The notes beneath the pieces are model-generated. The model was not told the origin of the DNA. It worked only from the letters and a program-made list of their open reading frames with translations, and made no database searches. Of a DNA stretch of 64,000 nt, positions 36,576-48,389 are shown piece after piece. Position 1 is the first letter of the stretch, and each line of letters opens with the position of its first letter. Made by a program: the position numbers and the translations under genes. The DNA lies in NCBI RefSeq assembly GCF_963921235.1, contig NC_086098.1, positions 372,001 to 436,000 of the forward strand, in the 5' to 3' direction. The DNA comes from Mobula hypostoma (Eukaryota).

Positions 36576-39500
36576 ATGGAGTCTATTATTAATTTTGTCT
36601 CCTGGAATACTAATGGTCTTAATCATCCTATTAAAAGGAAAAAAGTTTTTAAAGTGTTCCGGAGACTTAAAGCACAAATTTTATTTTTACAAGAGACCCA
36701 TGTACGGAGGGGGGACAGACTACGTTTTTTCAAATTCTGGAAGGGACAACAATTTCATTCGAACTCCAATGCTAAGATTCGAGGCGTCTCTATTTTTATA
36801 GATTCCTCAGTTACTTTTATACAACAGGATATTATCTCTGATCCGAATGGTAGATTTTTATTGGTTAGTGGTTTACTATTTAATAAAAAAGTAGTTTTGG
36901 TTAATGTTTATGCTCCTAATATGGATTGTCCGGAATTTTATAAATCATTGTTTGATCAGTTTCCGAATTTGAACGAGTTTTCATTGATTTGGGGCGGAGA
37001 TCTTAATACCTGTTTATCTCCAGCTTTGGACCGTTCGGCTCCTTTACGGACTTTACCTAATAAATCTGCAAATTTGATTAATTTTTTCCTTTCTGATTCT
37101 GGGTCGACGGACATTTGGCGTTTTCTACATCCTCAGGAAAAAGATTTTTCCTTCTTTTCACATGTTCATCATTCCTATTCAAGAATTGATTATTTTTTCA
37201 TTGATTCTCGTCTCATTCCTTCAGTGATTAAATGTGATTATGATTCTATAACCATTTCGGATCATGCTCCACTTAAGCTTTCTATTAAAATTATGGCCAA
37301 TATACCAAACAATAGACAATGGCGTTTTAATTCGCTGTTGCTTCAGGACTCGGACTTTGTTAATTTTATGAATGAACAGATTGAGCTTTTTTTTACAATT
37401 AACCATACAGAAGATATTTCTGTTAACACTCTTTGGGACACTTTTAAAGCCTATATTCGGGGTCAGATTATTTCGTATTCCGTTGCTTTGAGGAAGAAAC
37501 AGAAGCAGGAGGAGATGGCAATTGTGGACAAGATTAAAGAAATTGATAAGAAATATGTTATGGCTCCTTCTGAGGAGCTATACAAACAAAGAACTGAACT
37601 TCAAATGGAACACAGTTTACTACTCTCGTCCTCGATTGTAAACCAATTAAAGAAAACAAGAAGTGATTTTTATGTTCACAGTGATAAAATTGGCAAGCTG
37701 CTGGCTAATCAATTGAAATCTAATTATGTTAAATCTCAAATCAATCAGATTTATAACCAAAATGATCGATTGATATTGGATCATGTGGGGATTAATCAAA
37801 CTTTTTGTGATTTTTATTCTTCTTTATATCAATCAGAGTCTCCTCGAGATTCTAAATATATGAATGATTTTTTAGATAAGTTAGACTTCCCTCAGATTTC
37901 ACAGGATATGTCTTCTTTATTAGATACTTCCATTACAATGGATGAGATTAAGAATGTTATTTTTTCTATGAATCTGGGGAAAGCTCCTGGCCCTGATGGG
38001 TTTACCGTTGAATTTTATAAATGTTTTGCTTCTTTATTGATTCCTTGGCTCTATAAGGTTTTTGAGGCTTCTTTGAAACTTGGTAAACTTCCGGAATCTT
38101 TTAATAGAGCATCAATTTCTTTAATACTAAAGAAGGATAAAGACCCTGCTCAATGTGCATCTTATAGACCAATATCTTTATTAAATGTTGATTCTAAAGT
38201 TTTTTCTAAGTTATTAGCAAATAGACTAGAAAAAGTACTTCCTTCTATTATTTCGGAAGACCAAACGGGTTTTATTAAAGGTCGTTACTCTTTTTATAAT
38301 ATTCGTACATTGTTAAATATCGTTTATACTCCCTCACAAAATGTTCCTGAGTGTGTTATTTCTTTAGATGCCGAGAAAGCTTTTGATAGAGTAGAATGGC
38401 CTTATTTATTTAAGGTGCTTGAAATGTTTAATTTTAGCTTGAAATTTATATCCTGGATTAAACTGTTATATCACTCCCCTGTAGCCTCGGTTCGTACTAA
38501 CTCTTTAAACTCACCTTTTTTTCCTCTCTTTCGTGGTACTCGACAAGGCTGTCCTCTTAGTCCCCTATTATTTGATATTGCATTAGAACCTCTTGCAATT
38601 GCTATTCGAGAATCTTCAAATATTACTGGGATAACTCGGGGATTAAAGTCCCATAAATTATCACTCTATGCTGATGATTTACTTTTATATATTTCTAATC
38701 CTGAGAGATCCATTCCTGCTGTTTTAGAGTTATTAGCACAATTTGGTCTTTTCTCAGGTTATAAATTAAATCTTAGTAAGAGTGAACTTTTTCCGATTAA
38801 TAAACATCTTCCCTTATATTATAAATTTCCATTTAAATTGATTAATAATTACTTTTCATATCTTGGGATTAAAATTACTTGTAAACATAAAGATTTATTT
38901 AAGACTAACTTTTTACCATTAATAGACCATATTACTCAACTTTCATCTAAATGGTTTCCCTTATATTTAACTTTGATTGGTCGTATTAATGCAGTTAAGA
39001 TGTTTTTTTTGCCAAAATTTTTATATGTGTTTCAGGCATTACCAATTTTCGTTCCTAAATCTTTTTTTGATAAAGTTGACTCTAAAATTTCTTCATTTAT
39101 TTGGCAGAATAAGAATCCGAGACTGGGTAAAATACATTTACAGAAAGCTAAGAGAGGTTTAGCATTACCTAACTTTAGATTTTATTATTGGGCTATTAAT
39201 ATTCGACATATGAAATTTTGGTTACTTGACCGGGACATACTATCTATTCCTAAATGGGTAGCATTGGAATTACAATCTGTTCAGGGTTATACACTTGGTT
39301 CTATTTTAGGTTCCTCTCTTCCTTTTGATTCGAAACGCCTTAAGCAGGTCTCTAACCCGATAGTTAAATATGCTTTGCGCATTTGGTTTCAATTCAGAAA
39401 ATTTTTTGATCTTAATCAATTCGGGTTAGCGATTCCTATTTTAGGTAACATATTTTTTCCCCCCTCTTTTACGGATTGCGCTTTTCAAACTTGGAAGACT

Positions 39501-40346
39501 AAGGGTATTTTACGGTTTTTGGATTTATTTTTAGATGGTTCCCTTATGTCTTTTGAACAATTATCTAATAAATATAACTTATCAAGAATACATTTTTTTA
39601 GATATTTACAAGTTAGAAATTTCCTAAGTACTATACTTTCTTCCTTTCCAATGCTTTCTCCTATATATATTTTAGATTCGATAATTAACCTTAATCCATG
39701 TCAGAAAGGTGCATCGGCTATGATTTATAATATTATTATGAAACTTAGGAAAGCTCCATTTGATAAGATTAGGGTAGATTGGGAACAGGAATTGGGGCTT
39801 ACCATTTCTGTGGATGATTGGGGGCAGATTTTACAATTAGTTAATACTTCCTCTATTTGTGCTAAACATTCCCTAATTCAATTTAAAGTGGTTCATAGAG
39901 CACATATGTCCAAAGATAAGTTAGCGCGTTTTTACTCGCATATTAATCCTTTCTGTGATAGATGTTCGGGGCAGATAGCCTCTTTAACTCATATGTTTTG
40001 GTTTTGCCCTACTTTGGAAACTTTTTGGAGAGATATTTTCAATATTATTTCTAAGGTATTAAATATAGATATCTCTCCTCACCCTATTACTGCTATCTTT
40101 GGACTACCTAAAATTTCTAGTAATCTTTCCCCTTCAGCCCGTAGAATGATTGCATTTCTTACTTTAATGGCGAAAAGATGTATTTTACAACATTGGAAAG
40201 AGCTTAATGCTCCAACTACCTTTTTTTGGTTTTCTTAGACGATTTTATGTTTGAATTTGGAGAAAATTAGAAGTAACCTTTATGATTCTTCATTTAAATT
40301 TGAACAGATTTGGGGACCTTTTATTCGATATTTTCATTTAATGTAA
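36576..40346 (+). CDS. L1 ORF2p (APE endonuclease, RT, CCHC) with a premature TAG at 40236-40238
   Basis: SWNTNGLN, LQETH, GGDLN, SRIDY, SDHAP, RQGCPLSP, LYADD, CDRC-x8-HMFWFC; the frame stays open for 35 more codons after the TAG (TILCLNLEKIRS...WGPFIRYFHLM*). Confidence 0.95.
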
Positions 40347-41269
40347 TATTTACCCTTCTTGTTTTTTTTTTCACTGTTTTAATGGAGGTCGGGATTGAGG
40401 ACGTGATTTTAAGTTTAACTCTGTTTGGTTTCAAGTTAGCCCATTGCTTTGCCTTGCCTTTAGTTAGTTGCACGGTGGGTTTTTTTTGGGGGTTTTTTTT
40501 TTTTCTTTTTTTTTCCATTGATATATATAAAATTTAGTATACTATTATGTTATCTTGGTTTCTTATGCTTAAATTACATTGTTTGTAGTATTTTCTTTTT
40601 GGTATTGTTATCTTTTGGAATTTTATTATACTTTAACATTGTATTAATGTTTATATGGCTTACCTTTTTTGTATACTTACTCAATAAAAAGATTTAAAAA
40701 GAAAGAAAGACATTGGAGAGGGTACAGAGAAGATTCACGAGAATGATTCCGGGAATGGGAGGGTTAACATATGAGGAATGTTTGTCCGCTCTTGGACTAT
40801 ATTCCTTGGAGTTTAGAAGAATGAGGGGAAACATTTCGAATGTTGAGAGGCATGGACAGAGTGGACGTGGCAAAGTTGTTTTCCATGATGGGGGAGTCTA
40901 GTACGAGAGGGCATGACTTAAGGATTGAAGGGCGCCCATTCAGAACAGAGATGTGAAGAAATTTTTTTAGCCAGAGGGTGGTGAATCTATGGAATTTGTT
41001 GCCACAGGCAGCAGTGGAGGCCTAGTCTTTGGGTGTATTTAAGGCAGAGATTGATAGGTATCTGAGTAGCCAGGGCATCAAAGGTTATGGTGAGAAGGCA
41101 GGGGAGTGGGACTAAACGGAGAATGGATCAGCTGATGATAAAATGGCGGAGCAGACTCGATGGGCCGAATGGCCGACTTCTGCTCCTTTGTCTTATGGTC
41201 TTATGGACATTGGAGCAGAATTAATGTCCCATCAAGACTGCTCTGCCATTCATTCATGATCAATTAGGA

Positions 41270-43890
41270 AAATATCAACTTCTGCTTTAAATTTACATAC
41301 AGACTTGCCCTCCACCGCAGCCTGTGGCGGAACATTCCACAGATTCACCACTCTCTGCCTAAAAGAGTTCCTCCTAATCTCTGTTCTAAAAGGTCACCCC
41401 TCAATTTTGAGGCTGTGCCCTTTGGTTCTGGATACCCCCACCATGGGAAGCATCTCTCCACATCCACCTTATCTAGTCCTTTCAACATTTGTTAGGTTTC
41501 AATGAGACTCATAGAAACATAGAAAACCTCCAGCACAATACAGACCCTTCGGTCCACAAAGCTGTGCCGAACATGTCCTTACCTTAGAACTACCTAGGCT
41601 TACCCATAGCCCTCTATTTTTCTAAGCTCCATGTACTTATCCAGGAGTGTCTTAAAAAACCCTATCATTTCCTCCTCCGTCACTGCCACTGGAAGCCCAT
41701 TCCACGTACTCACCACTCTCTGTTAAACAACTTACCCTTGACATCTCCTCTGTACCTACTTCCAAGCACCTTAAAACTATACCCTCTCTTAAAACTATTT
41801 CCTCGCATTCTTCTAAATTCCAGTGAGTACAGGCCCAAAGCTGTAAATGCTGCTCATATGTTAACCCATTCATTCCCAGAAACATCCTCGTGAACCTCCT
41901 CTGGACTCTCTCCAATGACAATACATCCTTTCTGTGGTATAGGTCCTAAACTGTTGACAATACTCTAAGAGCAGCCTGATGAGTGTCTTATAAAGCCTCT
42001 GCATTATCTCTTTCCATTTATACTCTATTCCCCTTGAAACAAATGCCAACATTGCATTTGCCTTCTTTACCACAGGCTCAACCTGTAAATTAACCTCTGG
42101 GAGTCTTGCACAAGGATTCTGAAGTCCTCCTACATCTCTGATGTTTCATCGTTCTCCCCATTTCATTAATAGTCCACACTATTGTTCCTTTTACAAAAAT
42201 GCATGATCATACATTGCCCAACACTGTATTCCATCTGCCACTTTGTTTCCCTTTCTTCCAATTTGTCTACGTCCAGCTGAAATTGCATTGATTCCTCAGC
42301 ACTACTTACCCCTCCACCTGTCTTTGTATCATCTGCAAACTTTGCCACAAAGCCATGAATTTCATTATCCAAATCTTTGACAAACAAAGTAGAGTGACAT
42401 TTGCAATCTTCCAGTGTTCTGGCACCATGCCAGGATCAAGTGATTCTTGAAAGCTCATGATCAATGCATTCATTATCTCTCCAGCAAACTCTCTGAGGAC
42501 TCTGGAATGTAGTCCACTTGTTCCAGGTGCTTTCTTTACCTTAAACCCTTTGAGTTTTCCAAGCAACTTTTTCTTTGTAATAGCAATGGTACTCACTCCT
42601 GTTACCTGACTCTTGCAGACCTCTGGCACTGGTGTCTTCCACAGTGAAGACTGATGCAAAGTACTCATTAAGTTCATCTGCCATTTCTTTTTCTCCCATT
42701 ACTGCCTCATAAGCATCATTTTTCAGTGGTCCAATATCAACTCTCACCTTACTTTTATTCTTTATATAACTTTACAAAAACTTATAGTAACCTGCTTTCA
42801 ATTAATGGCTAGTTTGCCCTATCAGGAAGGGAGGAGAAGATGGCGGTGCGACGCAGCGCGCGCGGCCGCTCCAAAATGATATCGTATTTGTAAGTAGGAT
42901 GCCATGCACAATCCTGATTTGATGGAAACAGATGTGAGAAGCACAGAGGAACATCTGGAGAAACTTCTGAAATGCCCGCTTCGCTGCCACTGCTACTGTG
43001 CGATCGAGAATCTCCAGAGGGGAAGGCCCCAAATCCTCAGCTTTGCCTATTGCCGGGCCGGGGTTGAAGCGCTCGGCAGAGATGGTGCTTGGTGCTCGGT
43101 GTTGGAGAGCTGGTCGGAGGCTCGAAGTTTTCGGACGTACTCAGGTACTTTTCGGGTGCTTCCAGGATGCTGCATCAGCAAGTTTGCGGCGCTGGAAGCT
43201 CATGGCAGGGAGAGTTTTTCTTCCTTCTACCATCTGCATGAGATGATGGGACTTTCGAGAGACTTTGAGACTTTTCTTACCGTGCCCATGGTCTGTTCTT
43301 TGCACCGTTGTAACTTTATGTTATAATTATGTGCTTTTGTCAGTTTTTCAGTCTTGGTTTGTCTTGTGTTTCTGTGATATCATTCTGGAGGAACATTGTA
43401 TCATCTCTTAATGCATGCATTACTAAATGACAATAAAAGAGGACTGCGTGTCCTCATAATCTAATCTAATCTAATCTAATATTTCATCCTCTTTTTTCTT
43501 TTAACATTTTCAGTTGCCTTTTGTTGGATTTTAAAAGCTTCCCAATCATCCAACGTCCCACTCACTTTTGCCAGAGTATATGCCCTTTCCTAGGCCCAGT
43601 GCTTAACTTCCATTGTCAGCGACAGTTGCCTGCCCCTGTCATTTGAAAACTTCTTCTATGGGATATATCTATCCTGCACATTGTGAACTATACTCAGAAA
43701 TTTCAGCCATCTCTGCTCTACCGTCATCCCCACCGGTATCCCCCAATCCACTTGGGCAAGCTCCTCTCTCATGCCTCTGTAATTCCCTTTATTCCATTGT
43801 GATACTGATACATGTGATTTATGGTTATCCCTCTCAAACTGCAATATGAATTCAATCATATTATGATCACTGTCTCCTAAGGTTTTCTTT
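41270..43890 (-). mobile_element. Decayed CR1 copy(ies), with a younger CR1 tail at 41510-41790
   Basis: ORFs 41652-41921, 42166-42387, 42306-42747, 43656-43967 carry CR1 motifs. Confidence 0.85.
42823..43480 (+). mobile_element. About 650-bp non-coding retroposon with a CpG-rich aagatggcg head and (CTAAT)n tail
   Basis: Interrupts a CR1; aataaa then (ctaat)4; no RT homology, no A/B boxes seen. Confidence 0.7.
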
Positions 43891-43999
43891 ACATAAAAAC
43901 ATAGAAGACCTACAGCACAATACAGGCCCTTCGGCCCACAGAGCCGTGCCGAACTGCCACGTCTCATGAGAGGTGTGGCAGTCTTGGGGGATCTCCCCT

Positions 44000-44877
44000 C
44001 TCCCGCAGAGTCACATCTGCCAGAAGTGCATACGGCTGGGCGATCTGGAAGACTGTGTAAGGAATCTGGAGCAGCAGCTGGATGACCTTTGACTCATAAG
44101 GGAGAATGAGGCAGTCATAGATGAGAGCTACAGGAAAGTAGTCACACCTAGGCTGCCAGTAGCAGGTCGTTGGGTGACAGTCAGAGGGGGAAAGCGAAGG
44201 TGAGCAGACAGGTAGTGCAGAGCACCCCTGTAGCCATTCCCCTGAATAATAAGTTTACCGTCCTGGATACTGTAGGCGGGGACGACCGACCAGGTGTGAG
44301 CCATGGTGGCAGGGCCTCCGGCACTGAGTCTGACCCGGTGGTGCTGAAGGGTGGGACGGAGAAGAGGAGAGCTGTTGTCATTGGAGACTCTATAGTCAGG
44401 GGAGCAGACAGGAGATTTTGTGGACGTGAGAAGGACACCTGCATGGTTTGTTGCCTCCCGGGTGCCAGGGTCCTGGATGTCTCTGACCGGGTGCACGACA
44501 TCCTGGTACGAGAGGGAAAGCAATCAGAAGTCGTGATACACGTTGGTACCAACGACATGGGCAGGAAGAGGGATGAGGTCCTGAAGTGTGTGTTTTGAGA
44601 ACTAGGCAAAAGGCTGAAGAACAGGACCTCAGGGGTGGCGTTCTCAGGATTCCTGCCAGTGCTACGTGACAGTGATGGTAAGAATTGGAGGAGATGGCAG
44701 TTGAATGCGTGGCTGAGGAGTTGGTGCAGGGAGCAGGGTTTTAGATTTTTAGATCATTGGGATCTCTACTGGGGAAGGTGGGACCTGTACAGATTGGATG
44801 GGTTGCAGCTGAACTCGAGGGGGAGAAATATTCTTGCAGGTAGGTTTGCTAGCATGGTTCGGGAGGGTTTAAACTAA
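44000..44877 (+). pseudogene. CR1 ORF1 SGNH-esterase domain, disrupted
   Basis: Frames 44170-44598 and 44635-44877 carry GDS, G, GTND and DxxQ blocks (catalytic His position reads Q). Confidence 0.85.
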
Positions 44878-45563
44878 TTTGCAAAGGGGATGGGACCCGG
44901 AGCAATAGAGTAGTGAAAGAAGTGCATGGAGTAAAGCCAGATCTAACATACAGAGAGACTTTGAGGAAAGAGAAGCAGAATAAATGGTGTAAAGGTTGTA
45001 TGGTAGAAGGGCTAAAGCATGTGTACTTCAATGCAAGAAGCATCAGGAACAAAGGTGATGAACTGAGAGCTTGGTTACATACATGGAATTATGATGCAGT
45101 GGCCATTACAGAGATTGGCTGGCACCAGGGCAGAAATGGATTCTCAACATTCCTGGATTTCAGTGCTTTAAAAGGGATGGGGGGGGAGGGGAGGAGGGGT
45201 GGCATTACTGGTCAGGGATACTATTACAGTGACAGAAAGGGTGGGTAATCTAGCAGGATCCTCCTTTGAGTCAGTATGTGTGGAAGTCAGGAACAGGAAG
45301 CGTGCAGTTACTCTATTGGGAGTATTCTATAGGCCCCTGGTAGCAGCAGAGATACCGAGGAACAGATTGGGAGGCAGATTTCGGAAAGGTGCAAAAATAA
45401 CGGGGTTGTTATCATGGGTGACTTTAACTTCCCTAATATTGATTGGCACCTGATTAGTTCCAAGGGTTTAGACAGGGCAGAGTTTGTTAAGTGTGTCCAG
45501 GATGGATTCCTGTCACAGTATATTGACAGGCCAACTAGGGGGAATGCCATACTAGATCTAGTA

Positions 45564-48389
45564 GACAATAGGCAATAGACAATAGACACTAGGTGCAGGA
45601 GTAGGCCATTCGGCTCTTCAAGCCAGCTCTGCCATTCACTGTGATCATGGCTGATTATCAACAATCAGTATCCAGTTCCTGCCTTATCCCCATAACCTTT
45701 GATTCATAGAAACATAGAAACATAGAAAATAGGTGCAGGAGTAGGCTATTCGGCCCTTCAAGCCTGCACCGCCATTTATTATGATCATGGCTGATCCTCC
45801 AACTTAGAACCCCGCCCCAGCCTTCCCTCCATACCCCCTGACCCCCGTAGCCACAAGGGCCATATCTAACTCCCTCTTAAATATAGCCAATGAACTGGCC
45901 TCAACTGTTCCTGTGGCAGAGAATTCCACAGATTCACCACTCTCTGTGTGAAGAAGTTTTTCCTAGTCTCGGTCCTAAAAGGCTTCCCCTCTATCCTCAA
46001 ACTGTAGCCCCTCGTTCTGGACTTCCCCAACATCGGGAACAATCTTCCTGCATCTAGCCTGTCCAATCCCTTTAGGATCTTATACGTTTCAATCAGATCC
46101 CCCCTCAATCTTCTAAATTCCAACGAGTACAAGCCCAGTTCATCCAGTCTTTCTTCATATGAAAGTCCTGCCATCCCAGGAATCAATCTGGTGAACCTTC
46201 TTTGTACTCCCTCTATAGCAAGGATGTCTTTCCTCAGATTAGGGGACCAAAACTGCACACAATACTCCAGGTGTGGTCTCACCAAGGCCTTGTACAACTG
46301 CAGTAGTACCTCCCTGCTCCTGTACTCGAATCCTCTCGCTATAAATGCCAGCATACCATTCGCCTTTTTCACAGTCTGCTGTACCTGCATGCCCACTTTC
46401 AATGACTGGCGTATAATGACACCCAGGTCTCGTTGCACCTCCCCTTTTCCTAATCGGCCACCATTCAGATAATAATCTGTTTTCCTATTTTTGCCACCAA
46501 AGTGGATAACTTCACATTTATCCACATTAAATTGCATCTGCCATGAATTTGCCCACTCACCCAACCTATCCAAGTCACCCTGCATCCTCTCAGCATCCTC
46601 CTCACAGCTAACACTGCCACCCAGCTTCGTGTCATCCGCAAACTTGGAGATGCTGCATTTAATTCCCTCATCCAAGTCATTAATATATATTCAGCTATCT
46701 TTAAGAGCTCTATCCATCTCTTTCTTGAAACATCCAGAGACTTGGCCTCCACTGCCTTCTGGGGCAGAGCATTCCACATATCCACAACTCTCTGGGTGAA
46801 AAAGTTTTTCCTCAACTCCGTTCTAAATGGCCTCTGGTTCTGGACTCACCCATCAGTGGGAACATGCTTCCTGCCTCCAGCGTGTCCAATCCCTTAATAA
46901 CCTTATGTGTTTCAATCAGATCCCCTCTCATCCTTCTACATTCCAGTGTATACAAGCCCAGTCGCTCCAATCTTTCAACATATGACAGTCTCACCATCCC
47001 AGGAATTAACCTTGTGAATCTACGCTGCACTCCCTCAATAGCAAGAATGTCCTTCCTCAAATTTGGAGCCAAAACTGCACACAATACTCCAGGTGTGGTC
47101 TCATCAGGGCCCTGTACAGCTGTAGAAGGACCTCTTTGGTCCTATACTCAATTCCACTTGTTATGAAGGCCAGCATGCCATTAGCTTTTTTCACTGTCCG
47201 CTGTACCTGCATACTTGCTTTCAGTGACTGATGAACAAGGACACCTAGATCTCGTTGTACTTCCCCTTTTCCTAACTTGACTCCATTTAGATAATAATCT
47301 GCTTTTCTGTTCTTACCACCAAAGTAGATAACCTCACATTTATCCACATTAAACTGTATCTGCCATGCATCTGCCCTCTCACCCAGCCTTTCCAACTCAC
47401 CCTGCATTCTCATAACATCCTCCTCACATTTCACACTGCCACCCAGCTTTGTGTCATCTGCAAATTTGCTCATGTTACTTTTAATCCCTTCAGCTAAATC
47501 ATTAATATATATTGTAAACAGCTGCGGTCCCAGCACTGAACCCTGCGGTACCCCACTGGTCACCGCCTGCCATTCTGAAAGGGACCTGTTAATCGCTACT
47601 CTTTGTTTTCTGTCAGCCAGCCAATTTTCAATCCATGTCAGTACTCTGCCCCCAATACCATGTGTCCTAATTTTGCCCACTTATCTCCTATGTGGGACTT
47701 TATCAAAGGCTTTCTGAAAGTCCAGGTACACTACATCCACTCGCTCTCCCTTGTCCATTTTCATAGTTACATCCTCAAAAAATTCCAGAAGGTTAGTCAA
47801 GCATGATTTCCCCATCAGGTCCCAGGGACTTATCAGCCTTCAGACCCAACAGCCTATCCAACACCATTTCCTGCCTAATATAAACTTCCTTCAGTTCATC
47901 CATTACCCTAGGTCCTTGGCCACTGTTATATCTGGGAGATTGTTTGTGTCTTCCCTAGTGAAGACAGATCCAAAGTACCTATTCAACTCGTCTGCCATTT
48001 GCTTCTTCCCCATAATAAATTCACCCATTTCTGTCTTCAAGGGCCCAATTTTGGTCTTAACTAATTTTTACCTTTTCAGATACCTAAACAAGCTTTTACT
48101 ATTCTACTTTATATTCTTGGCTAGTTTACCTTCGTACCTCATTATTTTCTGTGTATTCCCTTTTTCGTTATCTTCTGTGCTCTTTAAAAGTTTCCCAATC
48201 CTCCGGCTTCCCACTCATCTTTGTTACGTAATACATCTTTTCTTTTATTTTTCTACTGTCCTTTACTTCCCTTGTCAGCAATGGCTTCCCCTGACTCCCC
48301 TTAGGATCTTTCTTCCCCTTTTTATGAAGGCCAGCATGCCATTAGATTTCTTCACTGCCTGCTGTACCTGCATGTTTGCTTTCAGTATT
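45564..48389 (-). mobile_element. CR1 copy nested antisense in 43960-50670
   Basis: ORFs 47057-47680 and 46812-47084; (CTATTGT)n tail at 45564. Confidence 0.9.
45707..46688 (-). mobile_element. Young 5'-truncated CR1 (family of 18308-19547)
   Basis: ORF 45866-46675 is almost identical to 18332-19459; attca duplication at the ends. Confidence 0.93.

Larger units (their letters stand above)
34796..40708 (+). mobile_element. Full-length L1-clade retrotransposon (5913 bp)
   Basis: Two ORFs; aataaa at 40683 and (GAAA)n tail; perfect 16-bp TSD gacattggagagggta at 34780-34795 and 40709-40724. Confidence 0.97.
32290..41207 (+). mobile_element. CR1 copy interrupted by a full-length L1
   Basis: EN and RT fragments at 32592-34795; frame resumes at 40709 (ERVQRRFTRMIPG); cttatggtcttatgg tail. 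Confidence 0.93.

Noticed and set aside
18190..41207. Segmental duplication between 18190-22634 and 32520-41207
   Set aside because: Similarity is confined to the CR1 body; flanks, deletions and nested insertions differ.
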